In this document: piece after piece, positions 13,018 through 26,735 of the stretch | Position numbering within the stretch: position 1 is the first letter of the stretch | How the letters are laid out: every line of letters starts with the position of its first letter | Assembly (NCBI RefSeq): GCF_018977255.1 | Contig: NW_024704743.1 | Span: 23,314,001-23,378,000, forward strand | Length of the DNA: 64,000 nt | DNA from: Callorhinchus milii | Taxonomy: Eukaryota | Reading direction: 5' to 3' | Position numbers and translations under genes: made by a program | The notes under the pieces: generated by a model | Database searches by the model: none | Seen by the model: the letters and a program-made list of their open reading frames with translations, nothing else | What the model was told of the DNA's origin: nothing

Positions 13018-14345
13018 ACAACAATAACAACAACAACTTGTACTTAGAAAGCGCCATCCCCTCAGAAGAAAGTCTCAAAGTGCTTAATAGTGGTGGAGCC
13101 TGACTCCGAGCCAGGAGGGGTGGGGGGAGAGGTGACCGCAAGCACAGTCGAAAAGGAAGGTTTTCAGGTGGGACTTGAAAAAGGGGAGAGAGGGGCAAGG
13201 CAGATGGATTGAGTCAAAGTGTTCCAGAGCTTCGGGTTGTAGTGGCTGAAAGCACGACCTCCAATGATAGAGGCACCGGATTGGGGAGTGAGGAGGTCAG
13301 AGAGGTAGGGAGGTGCCAGGGAATGAATGAATTTGAATACGAGTGTGAGGATCTTAACTCGATCCGTTCAGTGATGAGGAGCCAGTGGAGCCTGGCCAGA
13401 ACTGGTGAGATGGGGGTACAGAGTTTGGTCCGGGTAAGTATGCGGGCAGCAGAGTTCTTAATGAGCTGGATTTTTTCAACAGTGGAGCTGGGGAGCCCGG
13501 CGAGGAGTGTGTTTGAGTAATCCAGGCGGGAAGTGACAAATGCATGCACAAGAGTTTCGGCTGCATTTGGGGTTAGGTACAGTAGGAGGCGGGCTATGTG
13601 GCTGAGGCGGAGGAAGGAGGTCCTGGTCAGGGACTAAATGTGGGGCTGAAGGACAACTGGATGCCTAGATTGTGCACTGGTTCGTTGAGTCTGAGGGAGA
13701 GCCCAGGGAGGTTGAGGGGTTTAGGTTCGCAGGAGTGAAGAAGTTGAGTGTGGCTTCCATCGTCCATATTCAGCTGCAGGAAGTTGCACTCATCCAGGCC
13801 TTGATGTCTGCCAGACAAACTGATAGAACATCGACGGACCTGGAGTTGATACTGGAGGAGGTTGTAGTGGGGGTTGGAGCTGGAAAAGTAGATTTGTGTT
13901 TCTTCCACATACATGTGAAAGTTTACCCCATGTCTGTGGATGACATCGCCAAGAGGGAGCATATAGATGAGGAAAAGAAGAGGGCCAAGGATGGAGCTCT
14001 GGGGTACCCTGCAGGTGACCAGGCGGGCAAGAGGAGAAACCATTTGCCGAGATGAAGTGGAGACGGTTGGTTAAGTATGACTTGAACCATGCGAGTACGG
14101 TCCCACTAAGGTGGATGAGGGAGGAGAGGTGGTGGAGGAAAATGGTGTGCTCGACTGTGTCAAATGCGGCAGAGAGATCCAAAAGGACGAGGATGCAGAG
14201 GGAGCCCAGTTCACAGAGAGGATGTTGTTTGTACCTTTGACAAGCGCTGTCTCCGTACTGTGGGCAAGGCGAAAACCAGATTTCAGGGGCTCGAGGAGGG
14301 GAGTGGAGTGTGACCGAAGTTGACCTGCAACAATGTGCTCCAGAG
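13018..14345 (-). mobile_element. L2 LINE (older family), RT to 3' end
   Basis: [40 protein letters not shown] on the minus strand; (CAA)n tail at ~13018-13037. Confidence 0.92.
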
Positions 14346-14717
14346 GGGTAGGTTGGAAGGAAGGGTAGGTTGGAAATGGTATGGCAGTATTATTATTAAA
14401 TATACGGTTTATTATTATTGTTACTTCTGATGAATGTTTTCTTTGCACTTGGTGTTAATCATTATCTTGTTTCTAAAAGAAAACTAGCGGCAGCAATGTT
14501 TGAGCCGTCTGGTGTGAATGTGATGATTAAACAGCGAACATAGGGCTTGAATTCTGGCTTCATGTAGGCACTTTGTAATAGTATGACATTCTAATGGTTA
14601 TATCCCATCATAGATTGACATCTTCATTTGTTGCAGAACACCAGCACAAACACTATCAAAATACAACCTTCACACTCCAAGTTAAACACACTAGAATTGA
14701 TTATTCTGCATTCTTAT

Positions 14718-15065
14718 TAATAATAATAAATTCTGACATTTGATATAGAGCCTTTCACATTGAGAGGTTGCCTCAAAGCACTTATAATAATCTTCACATT
14801 TGATATTGCGCCTTCTCGAGTCATTGAAACGTCTCAAAGCGCTCCACAGAATCTTCTGTAAAGTGGATCGACTGCGTATTTTGTGCGGAATTGTGGTAGC
14901 CAATTGCACACAGCAGTGTTCCACAAACAGTCGTGGATTCAGTGACCAAATTATTATTATTATGATTTTGAAGGGATTATTACCCCTGGAGAGCGATCCG
15001 CCAGTCGAATAACAACTGGATTCCTACTTACTGCAGGGTAAAGAAACTTGCCTATGGTTTTGCCC
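14718..15065 (-). mobile_element. SINE (long form) plus adjacent tail fragment
   Basis: (AAT)n tail, GCCAATTGCACACAGC, GGATTCCTACTTACTGC. Confidence 0.7.
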
Positions 15066-15643
15066 TTTTTTTCGCAGAATATAGTGTAAAATGGAATAAT
15101 TGGATATTTTAAATTTTGCATTAATTTTCTTTACAAATTTAATGAATCAAACTGGAATAGCTGGAATGTGACAGCACATTCTCTCCCTAATCAGGTTCAG
15201 AATGCCAACATCATGATGCCGTGTCTCACATTCAACCTCCAGATCACTGCTCTACTCTAAGATCATTGTGTTGTAGTAAAAAGCTGCAATCTCACTGGAA
15301 CCCATTATTTTTACTCCACAAATGCTAACAGAAATGCTGCAGTGGAAGCAATGTCTCAATCAGTTCTTGCTTTAGGGCCGTAACACAGAACAGTTGGGTT
15401 GTTCAAACAGGTGTCTGTTGATTTTTGATGTTCAAAATTTTCATGGATTTTGTCTTCAGGCAGATGTCTTCAAATGTAAGAGGCTGCAATATTTTGGAGA
15501 ATTCTTGAACTTATTCTTAATTTGAAAGTCAAGAGGAAGCTGGACCTTCACATGAGGGCAGTAAATCTCGCATAAGTCTGATCTGCATAAATCATATAAT
15601 CACCTGCCCAAGTCCTCTTGAATTTATGTTAAAACACACATAC

Positions 15644-15753
15644 ATTTATCTGCACTAGTTGTATTAACAATCACACAAATCGTAACTCCACTATCGAACT
15701 TCCACTACCGAATTTACCGGCTGCCGGGTCAAAACTTTGTTTCCCGTGCCTAC
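15644..15753 (-). other. Candidate 110-nt non-coding exon or conserved element
   Basis: Acceptor TGTGTTCCGTTTCAG and donor AAT|GTATGT; six CpGs in a CpG-poor background; stops in all three frames. Confidence 0.33.
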
Positions 15754-16100
15754 CTGAAACGGAACACAGCATTTGATATAACTTATACAAATTTCACATT
15801 ACTTATACTTTGCATAAGTCATATGTATAGTCCCAACTATATGACTTATGTGACGTTTACTTGCTGAAGGAGGGAGTAAGGAATGGGTGGAGACTCGTGT
15901 GGAGTATAAACACTGGCATGGACTGGTTGGACCAAGCGGCCTGTTTCCGTCCTGTACATTCAGTGTAAATTTTTTCTGAAGTTCTTTTTCAGATTGGGGC
16001 GAGATTCCTTGCCACTTGACTGCTAGTTGGTAGAATTCTGGCTTTTTGAGGTCTTTGTTTGGTAAAACTTCTTCTGAATACAATGACAAATTCATTGATA

Positions 16101-16795
16101 TTAGAAACATAGAAACAGGAGGAGGCCATTCAGCCACCTGAGGCTGTTCCACCATTCTATAAGGTGAAGGCTGATCTGTACCTCAAGTCCGATTACCCCC
16201 CCTTGCCCTGGTATCATTCTGGTGAATCTGCGCCACACCCCCTCCATAGCCAATATATCCTTCTTGAGGTGAGGTGCCCAAAACTGAACACAGTGCTCCA
16301 GATGGGGTCTGACCAGGGCTCTATATAATTGCTGCATAATTTCCTTTTTTTTATATTCCAGCCCCCTTGAGATAAAGGCCAACATCCCATGAGCCCTTTT
16401 GATAACTTTTTGGACCTGTGAGCTTGTCTTTAGTGATTTGTGTATGTGGAGACCCAAATCCCTTTGCTCTTCCCCAGTTCTTAGTTTCTCACTATTTAGA
16501 AAATAATCTGTTTTACTATTTTTAGATCCATAGTGGATGACCTCACACTTCCTTTGCAACTTTGTGCTCCCATCTACACAATTTACTGTGCCTCCTAACT
16601 TTGTGTCATCTGCAAATTTGGATATCAAACTCTCTATTTCTTCATCCAAGTTATATATGGTGAAAAGGTGAAGCCCCAGTACAGACCACTGGGGAACACC
16701 ACTTGTCACGACCCCACCAATCAGAGAACGGTCCTCTTATCCCTACTCTCTGTTTCCTGCCTCCCAACCAATTACCAAGGCATGTCGCAAGGTTG
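16101..16795 (-). mobile_element. CR1 LINE RT fragment with internal deletions and 3' end
   Basis: ORF 16101-16709: SGVPQWSVLG, KFADDTKLGG, LYRALVRPHLEHCVQFWAP; tail (TTTCTATG). Confidence 0.93.
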
Positions 16796-19700
16796 ATTAT
16801 ATTCATTGAATATTAATCTGAATATTAATATTAATGAATATTAATATCATTGCGCGCTGACATGGGAAACGGTTAATAGAATTTTAATCACCTCATTATT
16901 ATAGCTGTGATTTTACATCCTTACTTTAGCCAATTTTCTGAACAGAGACATTTACACAACAGAGTAGTGCCACAGCAGTGTAGCATTGTTCCAGCCAGAT
17001 TCGATGAATGTGTAATTGCGGTGGTGTCAGAATCTCTGGGTATGATGTCCGAACACCTGTAATTGAGCTGAGATGGAGCCCATCCCTCTAATTTTTCAAT
17101 TGTGATATTGCACTCCTTACATACATAAAACTGGATTGCTTTCTTACATTATGCTATGTCCTCCCAAAATGAATACCCCCCACATAGAGTAATGTTTTGA
17201 AATGAATTTTGCCTCTAGCTGAAGGAAAATTAACTTTAGTATGAAGATAAATCCTTATTCAAAATTAGGGAATCACAAAAGACTGTTCACAGATTGGGAC
17301 CCAACCTAAAGTCATTTGACCCATAGAACACCCTCCAGACACCAATGATGTCTCATCCAGACCTTGGCAAGATTGGTGACTGAGGTAAGTGGACCTTGTG
17401 TGAATGGACTTGTTCTACATATATATATAGTTGTAATAATATAAATAATCCTTACATTTAACATAGCGCCTTATCACGTTGTTGAGACTTCTCAAAGCAC
17501 CTCACATAATATACTGTAAAGTATATTTTGTGGGCAGGAGTCAATTATGCACAGCAGTGTCCCACAAACAGTCGTGACTAAATTATTATCATTATTTTAT
17601 TTTGAAGGGATTATTGCCTCCAGAAAGCAATTCGTCAATCGACTAACAACCGGGTTCCTTTTATGCTGCATGCCTCCTGTGATTTTATTTATAGGAGATC
17701 TTTATGTAATTCTTGTGAAATTATGTAAATAGGAATGCTCTTGACACCCAACACTTTTCTGATCATTTTAAGACTACATTTCACCTGTTGTCAGCAAAAT
17801 TGAGAATGAATATTACATATCACCTCTGGCTGCTCTGTGTTGTTTTTATCTCTGTTCATGATACTCAAGCAAAAATATTTGCAAAAAAACTAATAATGTT
17901 TTTGTCTCAGACAGTGAACCATAATAACTGAGTTACGATTCTACCTTCGGAGGACACCATTTACTCTAATGGATCTTCGCTTATTTGTTTTAATAAGTGC
18001 ATTAAAAAAAATCTTGCTTATTTATGTAACAAATGATCTGTAAACTCATTTATAGAAAACACACAGTCATTGCACTGCACAGTATGTCCTGCAAAGTGCT
18101 TTGGGACATCTGACATGAAGGGTGTTATACTAAATGTAAGGATTGTTATTATTATTAGAATTGCAAGTTTAGAACTGCTATACATTTTTTAAAAAATAAA
18201 TAAATGCAGAAATAATATGTATATGAGACTGGAGCTAATTGTGTTTGCTTTATTATAATGAATAAATAATAATAATAATCCTTGAATTTGATATAGCGCT
18301 TTTCACGTCTTCTCAACATCTCAAAGCGCTTCACAGAATAGACTGTAAAGTGAATTGACTGTATATTTGTAGGTGAAATTCTGGGCTTTAAATTATTTGG
18401 GAATCTGGTAGTTCAACGTAAGAGCTGCTAGGAAGACAAGCAGGACTGAGATATCTTTCTGTAAATTTTTCATCAAGCAGAATTCATGAGCAGCTACTGC
18501 TCAAAAATACGTTTTCAAAAGAACCACTAATATGAGGCAACTACTCAGAAATAATAAAATAAATTATTTATCTGTGAAAATGAATCTCTTAATTCCTCAT
18601 TCCCTTTGTCCATTCACCATTGACTGAGCCTTCAGCCATGATGCCCTGTTTTCTGCAAATCTCCCAAGATCGCTATGCCTTGCTTTTTATCTCATGCCTT
18701 CAAAACTTCTTAAGAATATATCTCTTTGAGAACATTTGGTCAACATCCTTAAAATCTTCTTCCTCTCCTCCCTGCTTGGTGATTTTCATCATCTCTGTGA
18801 AGCACTTTGAGACATTCATCCGACGTGAAAGGTGCTATATAAGTGTTTGTTGCTAATTATGAATAAGGACCCTTACTGGTTTCTTCTCTAAACATTTCCA
18901 GATATGGGCCTGAAAATACACTGATCCATCTATTCTCCCCAGCAAAAATAGCCCCACAACCAGTTCAGTTGCAATTATCTTAGTCACAACCAAAGAATTG
19001 CTATAATTTCTACTGATCATATTTTTATGTCAACTCTATCTTTTTATTGATGATTTCATTCTCCCTTTTCTCTCCCTTTTCTCCCAGTGATGCTGAATCA
19101 TAGTCCATAAAGCCTTGCTACCCTCTGATCTTCACTCAAGTGGCCAGCCTTCATATAGTTTCTTGATATGTTTCACCATGGGAAGTAATGCTCTCCCATC
19201 TCAAAGTCCACGTGAAAAGCGGTTTTGAAAAGGGATCATTGTACACTAAATGAGAGCAGGAGCATGATTTGTTTTCAACACTCTATCTCACAGGCAATGA
19301 AACCAATTGTATCACATCTAATGCCACCCCCAATTACAATCATCAACAACTTCAGACCAGGATCAAACTTGCGACTTTCTGGATCTGCATGGCTCAATTA
19401 CACACCAGATAATGGCTTTATCACCTGGGCCACTGAGAAAGCCCTATCGAATATCCTAAATACAGTGAAAATGTTTCCAAGTTAGGAGAAATAGTTTCGC
19501 CCACAAAACATACAGTTACTTCACTTTATAGTATATTCTGTGAAGCGCTTTGAGACGACTCAAAGATGGGATAAGGTGCTATATCAAGTGCAAGGATTAT
19601 TATTATCCATTCACCCCACTCAATTGCTAAATTGTGAATCTCCTGAATATGCGCATATATGTCACATCAACTCTTGTTCTCAATCACGAGATATACCTTG

Positions 19701-20261
19701 TATCCAAATACAGAGTCACTACACTTTACAATAAATCATATGAAGAGCTTTCAGATGTTTCGACAATGTGCTTAGGCACTAAATCAAATGCAAGAATTAT
19801 TATTAATATGCATACAATTGAACTTCATCTGAACTGATCCATCTATTCTCCCCACCTCTACAAATGTCTCAGTTTGTCTGCAAAGTTTAGTAACTTTTCT
19901 GTAAGGTCACTATACTTTACATTGTGAATTGTCTTGAAACGTTCTTGACATCATAGGTAAATGCAAGGACAATTGTTATGTTATTAAATTGTTGGACGCC
20001 CAAGTTGCAAGCTGTGTTTGTTTGATGGGCTGTCTGTTGTTTAATCTACAGTTGGAGTAAAGTAACAATCACAAATTCATTTTAAAGCATGGACAATTTT
20101 ACAAATTGGTGTCCTCCCTCCACTTCTCACTTTTACTCAAGGGGAAACTTCAGTCTGAGGGCTATTCTGCTCTGCTACACATTGCTACAAAAATAGTCTC
20201 CAACATGCTACGAATTATGTATGAAGCACTTTGCAAATTCCTTCATGTATTTTCAGGTGGT

Positions 20262-20552
20262 ACAGTGTACTGCAAAATGAATTGACTGTATATTTTGTGG
20301 GCGAAATGCAGCAGCCAATTGTGCACAGTGGTGTCCCACAAACAGTCGTGGATTGAGTGACCAAATTATTTATTTATTTTCAAGAAATTATTATCCCTGT
20401 AAAAACGATCCACCAATTGACTAATAGCCAGGTACTTACGGCTAGGTAATCAGAGGAATGTGACGCAAGGAAACGTTTCGCCCAGCCCAGGAAACCAACC
20501 CAGGTCCTCTCCTTACAAGGTGAATGCTCTAAGTACTAAGCTACAGGATTCC
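20262..20552 (-). mobile_element. tRNA-derived SINE, long form
   Basis: Head GGAATCCTGTAGCTTAGT at ~20552, then the ACCTAGC segment and Deu-type 3' part. Confidence 0.75.
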
Positions 20553-20892
20553 GCATCTTGTATTCACACTTGACTTTGCTTTGAGGCAAAAGAGTGCATT
20601 GATTTTTCCTCTCAGTGCTTTTTTATTTGTGTTATGTTGCTCTTTCCTGTGATTTATAAATAATTTCCCAGCCCAGAGGATGGGCAAGTTTGAATTAAGA
20701 GCTAGATTATACATTTAGGTCGATCTGAAATTCTCCCATTTGAGAATCACAATGAATCTGCTCTGATAGATAATTCTGGTGATAATCTTTCCCATTATGG
20801 TAAAAATGTGTAATAACAGGAACAGTGTTCAACCTCATCAGATGTGCTCGATAAATGCAGGGTCTATCATATGCCAGTGATGAAAACCAGGG

Positions 20893-21125
20893 CATTTGTA
20901 TAGCACCTTTCACATCAGGAGGAATAATGCCGTGGGTAGTGGTCAGGGACGGCCGGGGTGGAAGAGGGAGATCAAAAGCTCGGTCGAAGAGGAGGGTCTT
21001 GAGATGGGTCTTAAGATGGCAAGGGAGGGGGCATGGCGGAGGGACTTGGGATGGAGTTCCAGAGGGTGGGGGCAGAGTGGCAGAAGGCCCACCCATCAAT
21101 AGTGGGGCGAGTGAAACGGGGGACT
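20893..21125 (-). mobile_element. L2 3' fragment
   Basis: Translates HLKTLLFDRAF; ends CCTGATGTGAAAGGTGCTATACAAATG. Confidence 0.8.
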
Positions 21126-21417
21126 TTTAAATTTTATTTTAAAAAAAATAAAAAAAATTTTTTTAAAAAGTAAATTTTTTTATTAGTTTGAGCAATGACC
21201 ACCTCATAGTCCCAATATGTAGAAAACTTTTTTTAAAATTAAAGCATACACAATCGAGGTAATGAGTGAGCATGATAAAAATTTATTTGAAAATCTATTC
21301 ACATAACTCACGCATATGAAAAGTTGTATATCTGAGTAATCATGCAAAATATTATGGTTATCAGTTGATTTTTATTCACCAATTTATATTTATTTGTACA
21401 ATGTGCTGTCAGCATAC

Positions 21418-21830
21418 CTCAGATGGTAGCATTCTCTACTCTAAGTCAGAACATTGTGGGTTCAAGGCCGACATTGGGAATTTGAGCTTATGTAGTCAAG
21501 CCAGATATTTTAATGCACCGTCAGAAAAAACATCTTTCAGATGAGACATTAAACCAAGGATCCAACTGCCTGTGCAAGTGGACATTAAAGATCCCACTAT
21601 TCCCATTATTTAAAGATGGCAGGCACTGTTTGTGAAAAGACAGGAATTTCTCCTGGTGTCCTGGCCAACAATCCCCCAAATAATATTGGTCATTTAAGTC
21701 ATGGCTATTTGTGGGATATTTCTGTGCACAAATTGGCTGCTGTGTTTGCCTAAAAAATATAGGGACTAGAAGGGAAAGTAATCCAGGATGCCGTCTGGCA
21801 TGAAGGGGCTATATCATTGCAAGCTGTTTT
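21418..21830 (+). mobile_element. Old, near full-length DeuSINE (SacSINE1/AmnSINE1-like central domain)
   Basis: tRNA-like head GGTAGCATTCTC...GGTTCAAG; Deu core CAGATGAGACATTAAACC...AAAGATCCCA...GGTGTCCTGGCCAA...TGTGCACAAATTGGCTGC. Confidence 0.8.
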
Positions 21831-22265
21831 TGTTGACTATAATTACAGAATACCCTGTGAAGCATCTTAAGATGTCTTCCTGACTTGAAAGGTGCTATAT
21901 AAAATGCAAAGTTCTTAGTACTATTTTTTCCCAGCCCAATTAAGTCTATCCAGACATTGCATTGTACCACAAATCACATTCCACAAAGTGTGTCAGGCTC
22001 AGTTGGTAGCACTCTCGCTTCTGATTCAGTTGGTTGCAGGTTCAAGCTCCTAATCGGGACTTAGAACTCATGTAGTCTATGTTGATACTCCATTGCAGTC
22101 CTGGGGGTGTTCTGCATTGTTGAAGGTGTCTTCATTCTGATGAGACATTAAACTGACACCCTATTCACATAGAAGTTAAAGATCTGATGGCACTATTTGA
22201 AAAAAGAGTGTTTCTCCCAATGTCCTGGGCAATAATCCCCTCAAATAAAAAAAAAGTCATTTGTT

Positions 22266-22900
22266 TCAACAACAAAATTACATTTGTAGAGCCTTTCGGG
22301 AGGATGTCCCGGACCTGAACTGGAGGTCGGGGAGGGTGAAGGGCGGGGGGAAGCAGGGAGATCGAAAGCACAGTTGAAGAGGAGGGTCTTGAGATGGGTC
22401 TTGAAGGCGGCAAGGGAGGGGGTGAGATGGAGGGACTGCGGGAAGGATTTCCAGAGGGTGAGGGCAGAGTGGCAGAAGGCCCATCTGCCAATAGTAGGGC
22501 GAGTGAGACAGGGGACGTGAACCAGACTGGAGCTCCCCGAGTAGAGGGAGCAAACAGGATGGAAGGGGGTTAGGAGGTCACAGAGATGGGGTGGGGGGGA
22601 AGACCATGGAGGGCTTTGAAGGTGAGGACCAGGATCTTGAACTTTATCCTCTGTGTGATGGGAAGCCAGTGGAGTCGGGCGAGGATGCGACTGATAGGGT
22701 TGCGGAGCCTGGTGCGGGAGAGGACATGGGCTGCAGAGTTCTGGATGATCTGCAGCCTATGGAGGGAGGAGTTGGGGAGGCTGACAAGCAGGGAGTTTGT
22801 ATAGTCAAGCCTCAATATAGTGAACGCATGTATGAGGGTTTTGGCGGCCTACGGTGTGAAATCGTGGCAGAGCCGGACGATGTTGCTGAGGTGGGGGAAG
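22266..22900 (-). mobile_element. L2 LINE 3' part nested in a DeuSINE
   Basis: RLDYTNSLL...QNSAAHVLSRT...LARLHWLP (ORF 22570-22815). Confidence 0.9.
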
Positions 22901-23025
22901 GCATGTTTCATGGCTGTTTGTGGGCCATTGCTCTGTGCAAATTAGCTGCTACAGCTTGCTTGTCCACAAAACAAAGTCACTGCGTTTACAGTATATCTTG
23001 TGAAGCACTTTGGGACATCTTCCTG

Positions 23026-23372
23026 GAACTCCATCCCCCAGTGCCTTCGCCTTGCTTCCTCCCTTTCCTCCTTCAAGGCCGGTCTCAAAACCTTTCTCTT
23101 TGACTGTGCCTTCAGCTCCCCTCTCGACTCTCTTCCCCCTCCTTGCTCCCTCCCTTCCCTCCCTCACCCTGACCATTTCCCCCTCCTTGCTCCCTCCCTT
23201 CCCTCCCCTCACCCTGACCATTTCCCCCTCCTCGCTCCCTCCCTTCCCTCCCCTCACCCTGACCATTTCCCCCCTGCTCGGGTCATGACCCAACTGTGCA
23301 GCGCCTTGGGACGTCCTCCTGACGTGAAAGGCGCTTTATAAATGGAATCTTGTTGTTGTTGTTGTTGTTGTT
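23026..23372 (+). mobile_element. L2 family A 3' end with TSD
   Basis: Same 3' UTR as 3612-4346; TTCCTG duplicated at 23020-23025 and 23371-23376. Confidence 0.92.
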
Positions 23373-24354
23373 CCTGACATGAAAGGCGCTATATCAAACG
23401 TAACGTTATTTAGGATTATTATGAAACCAGTAGTGTAGGCAGGTCTCCTATAATATGTTCAGTGCCACTATGTAATCTGTCGATATAATTTATTTTAGTG
23501 TTTTATATTGATAGAAAATCTTTTGATGTACAAAGAGAACATAACTCTGTTCTAATTTAAGATGCAGCAACCAATACTGCCTATGGAGGATATTGCAGTT
23601 TTTTTCTTGGTGCTTTCTGAAGCGTTGTTCTCTGAAGCTTTTTTCAAAAAGACATAAAAACAACTATTTCTTAAACCTCTGAACCATCTGTAGGGCTGAA
23701 TGTAAAATGCAAAGTATTTAAATATTAATTACGGATATTTTAAAAGATTAGACAAAATGTTCTTGAACAAGTACATGTAACATAAATCAGAACCATCCAC
23801 TGATGGAGCTCCATTACACTGTGATAGAGACAATAATTTAATGTTTTGTTTGAACTGGAAGTTTAGTTCAATTTTGTACCCAATTTAAAGTACAGGTATG
23901 TAAAATATTTTTACAGGTTGAGGAAGAAAGCACCTGTGTTTTTATAGCACCTTGTCACGTTGAGACAACTCAAATTGCTTTACATTAATTACTCTCTAGT
24001 ACAAGTGACTGTTTTTGTAGGCAAACCACAGCAGTCAATTGTGCAACGATGTCTCATAAATAGTGATGAAGTAAGTGATCGATTAATCTGGAGGAGTGTT
24101 GAACACTGGGAGAAATTCCCTGTTCTTTTTTAATCATTTTTTCACATCTTTAATGTCCATCTGAAAAACAGGCACAGAGGTCCTCAGTTTAGTAATTCGT
24201 TCAAAGGATTACAATTAAGCACTCTCTCACTACTGCTGTGAAATGTGAGCCTGAGGTTATAACTTCAAGTCTCAACATGGGACGTAAACCCACAACCTCT
24301 GACCCAAAAATCCTTCTGACTCCAAATACTACACTGGAATTTTAAGATGAACTA

Positions 24355-25140
24355 TATGCCTTTCACATTGTGAGAACGTCTCAAACCCCATTTGAACACT
24401 TAAAGCTGCTGACTGAGCTCACATGCTGCGGTTGGGGGTGGGGGGAACTGAGGAGGGTGGGAAGGGGAAAGATGATTAAATGCATGGTCAAGGAGGTAAG
24501 TCTTGAAGTGGGCTCTGTGACCTGTTAACCCCATACTGACCTGTCCGCTCCCTCCACTCAGTGGACTCTGGCCTGCTCCATGTGCCTCTCCCCGCTCGCC
24601 CCATCATCGGAGGTCTGACCTTCACCCCTTGGAACTCCATCCCACAGACCCTTTGCCTCACCCCTTCCCTTGTCTCCATCTCAAGGCCCTCCTCTTCAAC
24701 TGTCATTCTCACCCTCGCTGCTCTCCTCCCCTCCTGATCCCAACCCCCAGCTGAGGTGCAACTCCTTGACTGTCCAGCGCTTTGGGACATCCTCCCAATA
24801 GGAAAGGTGCTATACAAATGTAATTTGTTGTTGTTGCTGTTGTTAGGCTTTGAACAGGTGGTAGGGGAAGCAAGTCAGAGGGATTCTAGTGTGGAGTTCC
24901 AGAGAGCAAGGCCAGAGTGGCTGAAAGCCGCCTGCCAATGGTGGGATGGATAGGTCGGAGGATTTGAAACACGCTGATGTTCGCTGAGTAAAGGAAGTGG
25001 CTGGTCAGTATGGTTGTATGATATCACAGAGGGTGGGTGAGGGGAGATCATGGAGGGAGTTAAAGGTGAGAACAAGGATCTTGAATTTAATCTGCTAGGG
25101 AATGAGGGGCCTGTGGAGCTGAACGAGGATGGGGTAATAG
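24355..25140. mobile_element. Old minus-strand L2 fragment containing a plus-strand L2 3' end (~24516-24845)
   Basis: The inner copy ends GGAAAGGTGCTATACAAATG...(TTG)n; the outer copy is collinear on both sides. Confidence 0.7.
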
Positions 25141-25689
25141 ACTTGCAGAGCTTATGAAATAATGTCCTACCATAGGACTTAAAGCAACTAAGCTAAACAT
25201 ACCCTGGAAAGATGAATAGGGCCTACGCCATTCTAGTGAAGGTTGATATGATTTTTCACTTACTCCCTTGCTCAGCTTTGAATGGAATGTGTGATAGACA
25301 GTTTGGAAATTAGTGCAGAAATTGTAAAGTAATACAAAGCTGTATCACATCAGTAAATCAATTAAAATATTGACATTTATTTTTTGTTAAAAGGATTTTT
25401 TGAATTGAGAAACCTTTGGTGATCAGTTTCTGGCAAAGGATTATCAAATTCATGTAATTGCACAACAAATTGATACTGAACATGTTCCCAGGCATTCCAA
25501 GAACACATGTACACACACACAGACACGCACAAAACATAACATAACTTCCAGATAAACTGTTTCTAATTTCTGACACATGCATCAGTTGAGTTTCACAGAA
25601 TAAAGAACTTCCATTTATATAATGTCCTTCATGTGTGGTAGCTTCTCAGAATACTGAAAAATGGCAGACTTTGACATAAAACTGGGGAT

Positions 25690-26060
25690 GTGATTGAAGG
25701 CATGATCAAAGAGAAAAGTCTTCAAGTATAATCTGAGGATGGATAAAGAGGAAGCAAGGTGTTGAGATTGAGGCAGGGAGTTCCAAAGGTTCAAGCCGTA
25801 GTGACTGAAAGCACGGCCGCCAATGGTGGAGCGGAGGAGTCGGGGAACACGTATCAGACCTGACACGGCTGAGTGAAGGGGACAAATAGACGAGTGGAAT
25901 TTGAGCAGATTGGAGAGGTAGAGAGATGTTAAGGCACAAATAATTTGTAGGTGAGTGAGAGGATTTTGAAATTGATCCATTGTGTGACAAGGCCGCAATG
26001 GAGCCTCGCAAATACTGGATTGCTGAGTTTGCTGCTGGGCAGGATACGGACAACGGAGTG
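25690..26060 (-). mobile_element. Old L2 3' fragment
   Basis: Translates RSTIGGRAFSHYGLNLWNSLP...LKTFLFDHAF. Confidence 0.85.
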
Positions 26061-26424
26061 CTGAATCAGTTAGGCAAACAACAAGTCACCTTTCTAATTA
26101 GCTATAAAAATGTTTTGGTCAGCTGGATATTTGATAAATGAGGAAACCTACCACATTGCCCTCTGAGTAAATTAATGATATTGAAACTCTCTATTCACCT
26201 TCAGACTGTGACCCCTTGTTGCAGACAACTCTATCCAACATGTTATTAAAGTCTAGTTTATAATCTTTAAGATTCAGAAGATTTTAATAAGCTTACTCCT
26301 TAATCATTGTTTCACGGTAAACATTCCCAATGTTTGGAATCTCTAATAGCTTTAGGTGCCTAACCCCTCTATTAATTTAATTTATTAATTTTCCACTTAG
26401 CCTTCATAAAATTTGCAGGCTTTT

Positions 26425-26735
26425 ATAATAATATAATAAAAATAATATCCTTGCATTTGATGTAGCACCTTATTACGTCTTCGAGATGTCTCAAAACGTT
26501 TCACAGAATATACTGTAAAGTGAATCGACTGTATATTTGTGGGCGAAATGCGGCAGTCAATTGTCCCACAAACAATCGTGGATTGAAAGGACCAATTTAT
26601 TATTGTGTTTTTTGGAGGGATTATTATCAGGCGTGTGGAGTAAGAAAACTTGCCCAAGGTTTCACCCTGCTGGGAATCGAACCCAGGTCTCTCACTTGCA
26701 AAGCGAGTGTCTAACCACTGAGCTACAGGACTACA
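26425..26735 (-). mobile_element. Young short tRNA(Ala)-derived SINE, full length
   Basis: Head GTCCTGTAGCTCAGTGGTTAGACACTCGCTTTGCAAGTGAG, B box GGTTCGATTCCC, (TTA)n-like tail. Confidence 0.9.

Larger units (their letters stand above)
21990..23410 (+). mobile_element. Old DeuSINE split by two nested L2 insertions
   Basis: Head and Deu core at 21990-22262; resumes at ~22907 (TCATGGCTGTTTGTGGG); final tail CCTGACATGAAAGGCGCTATATC after 23372. Confidence 0.75.
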
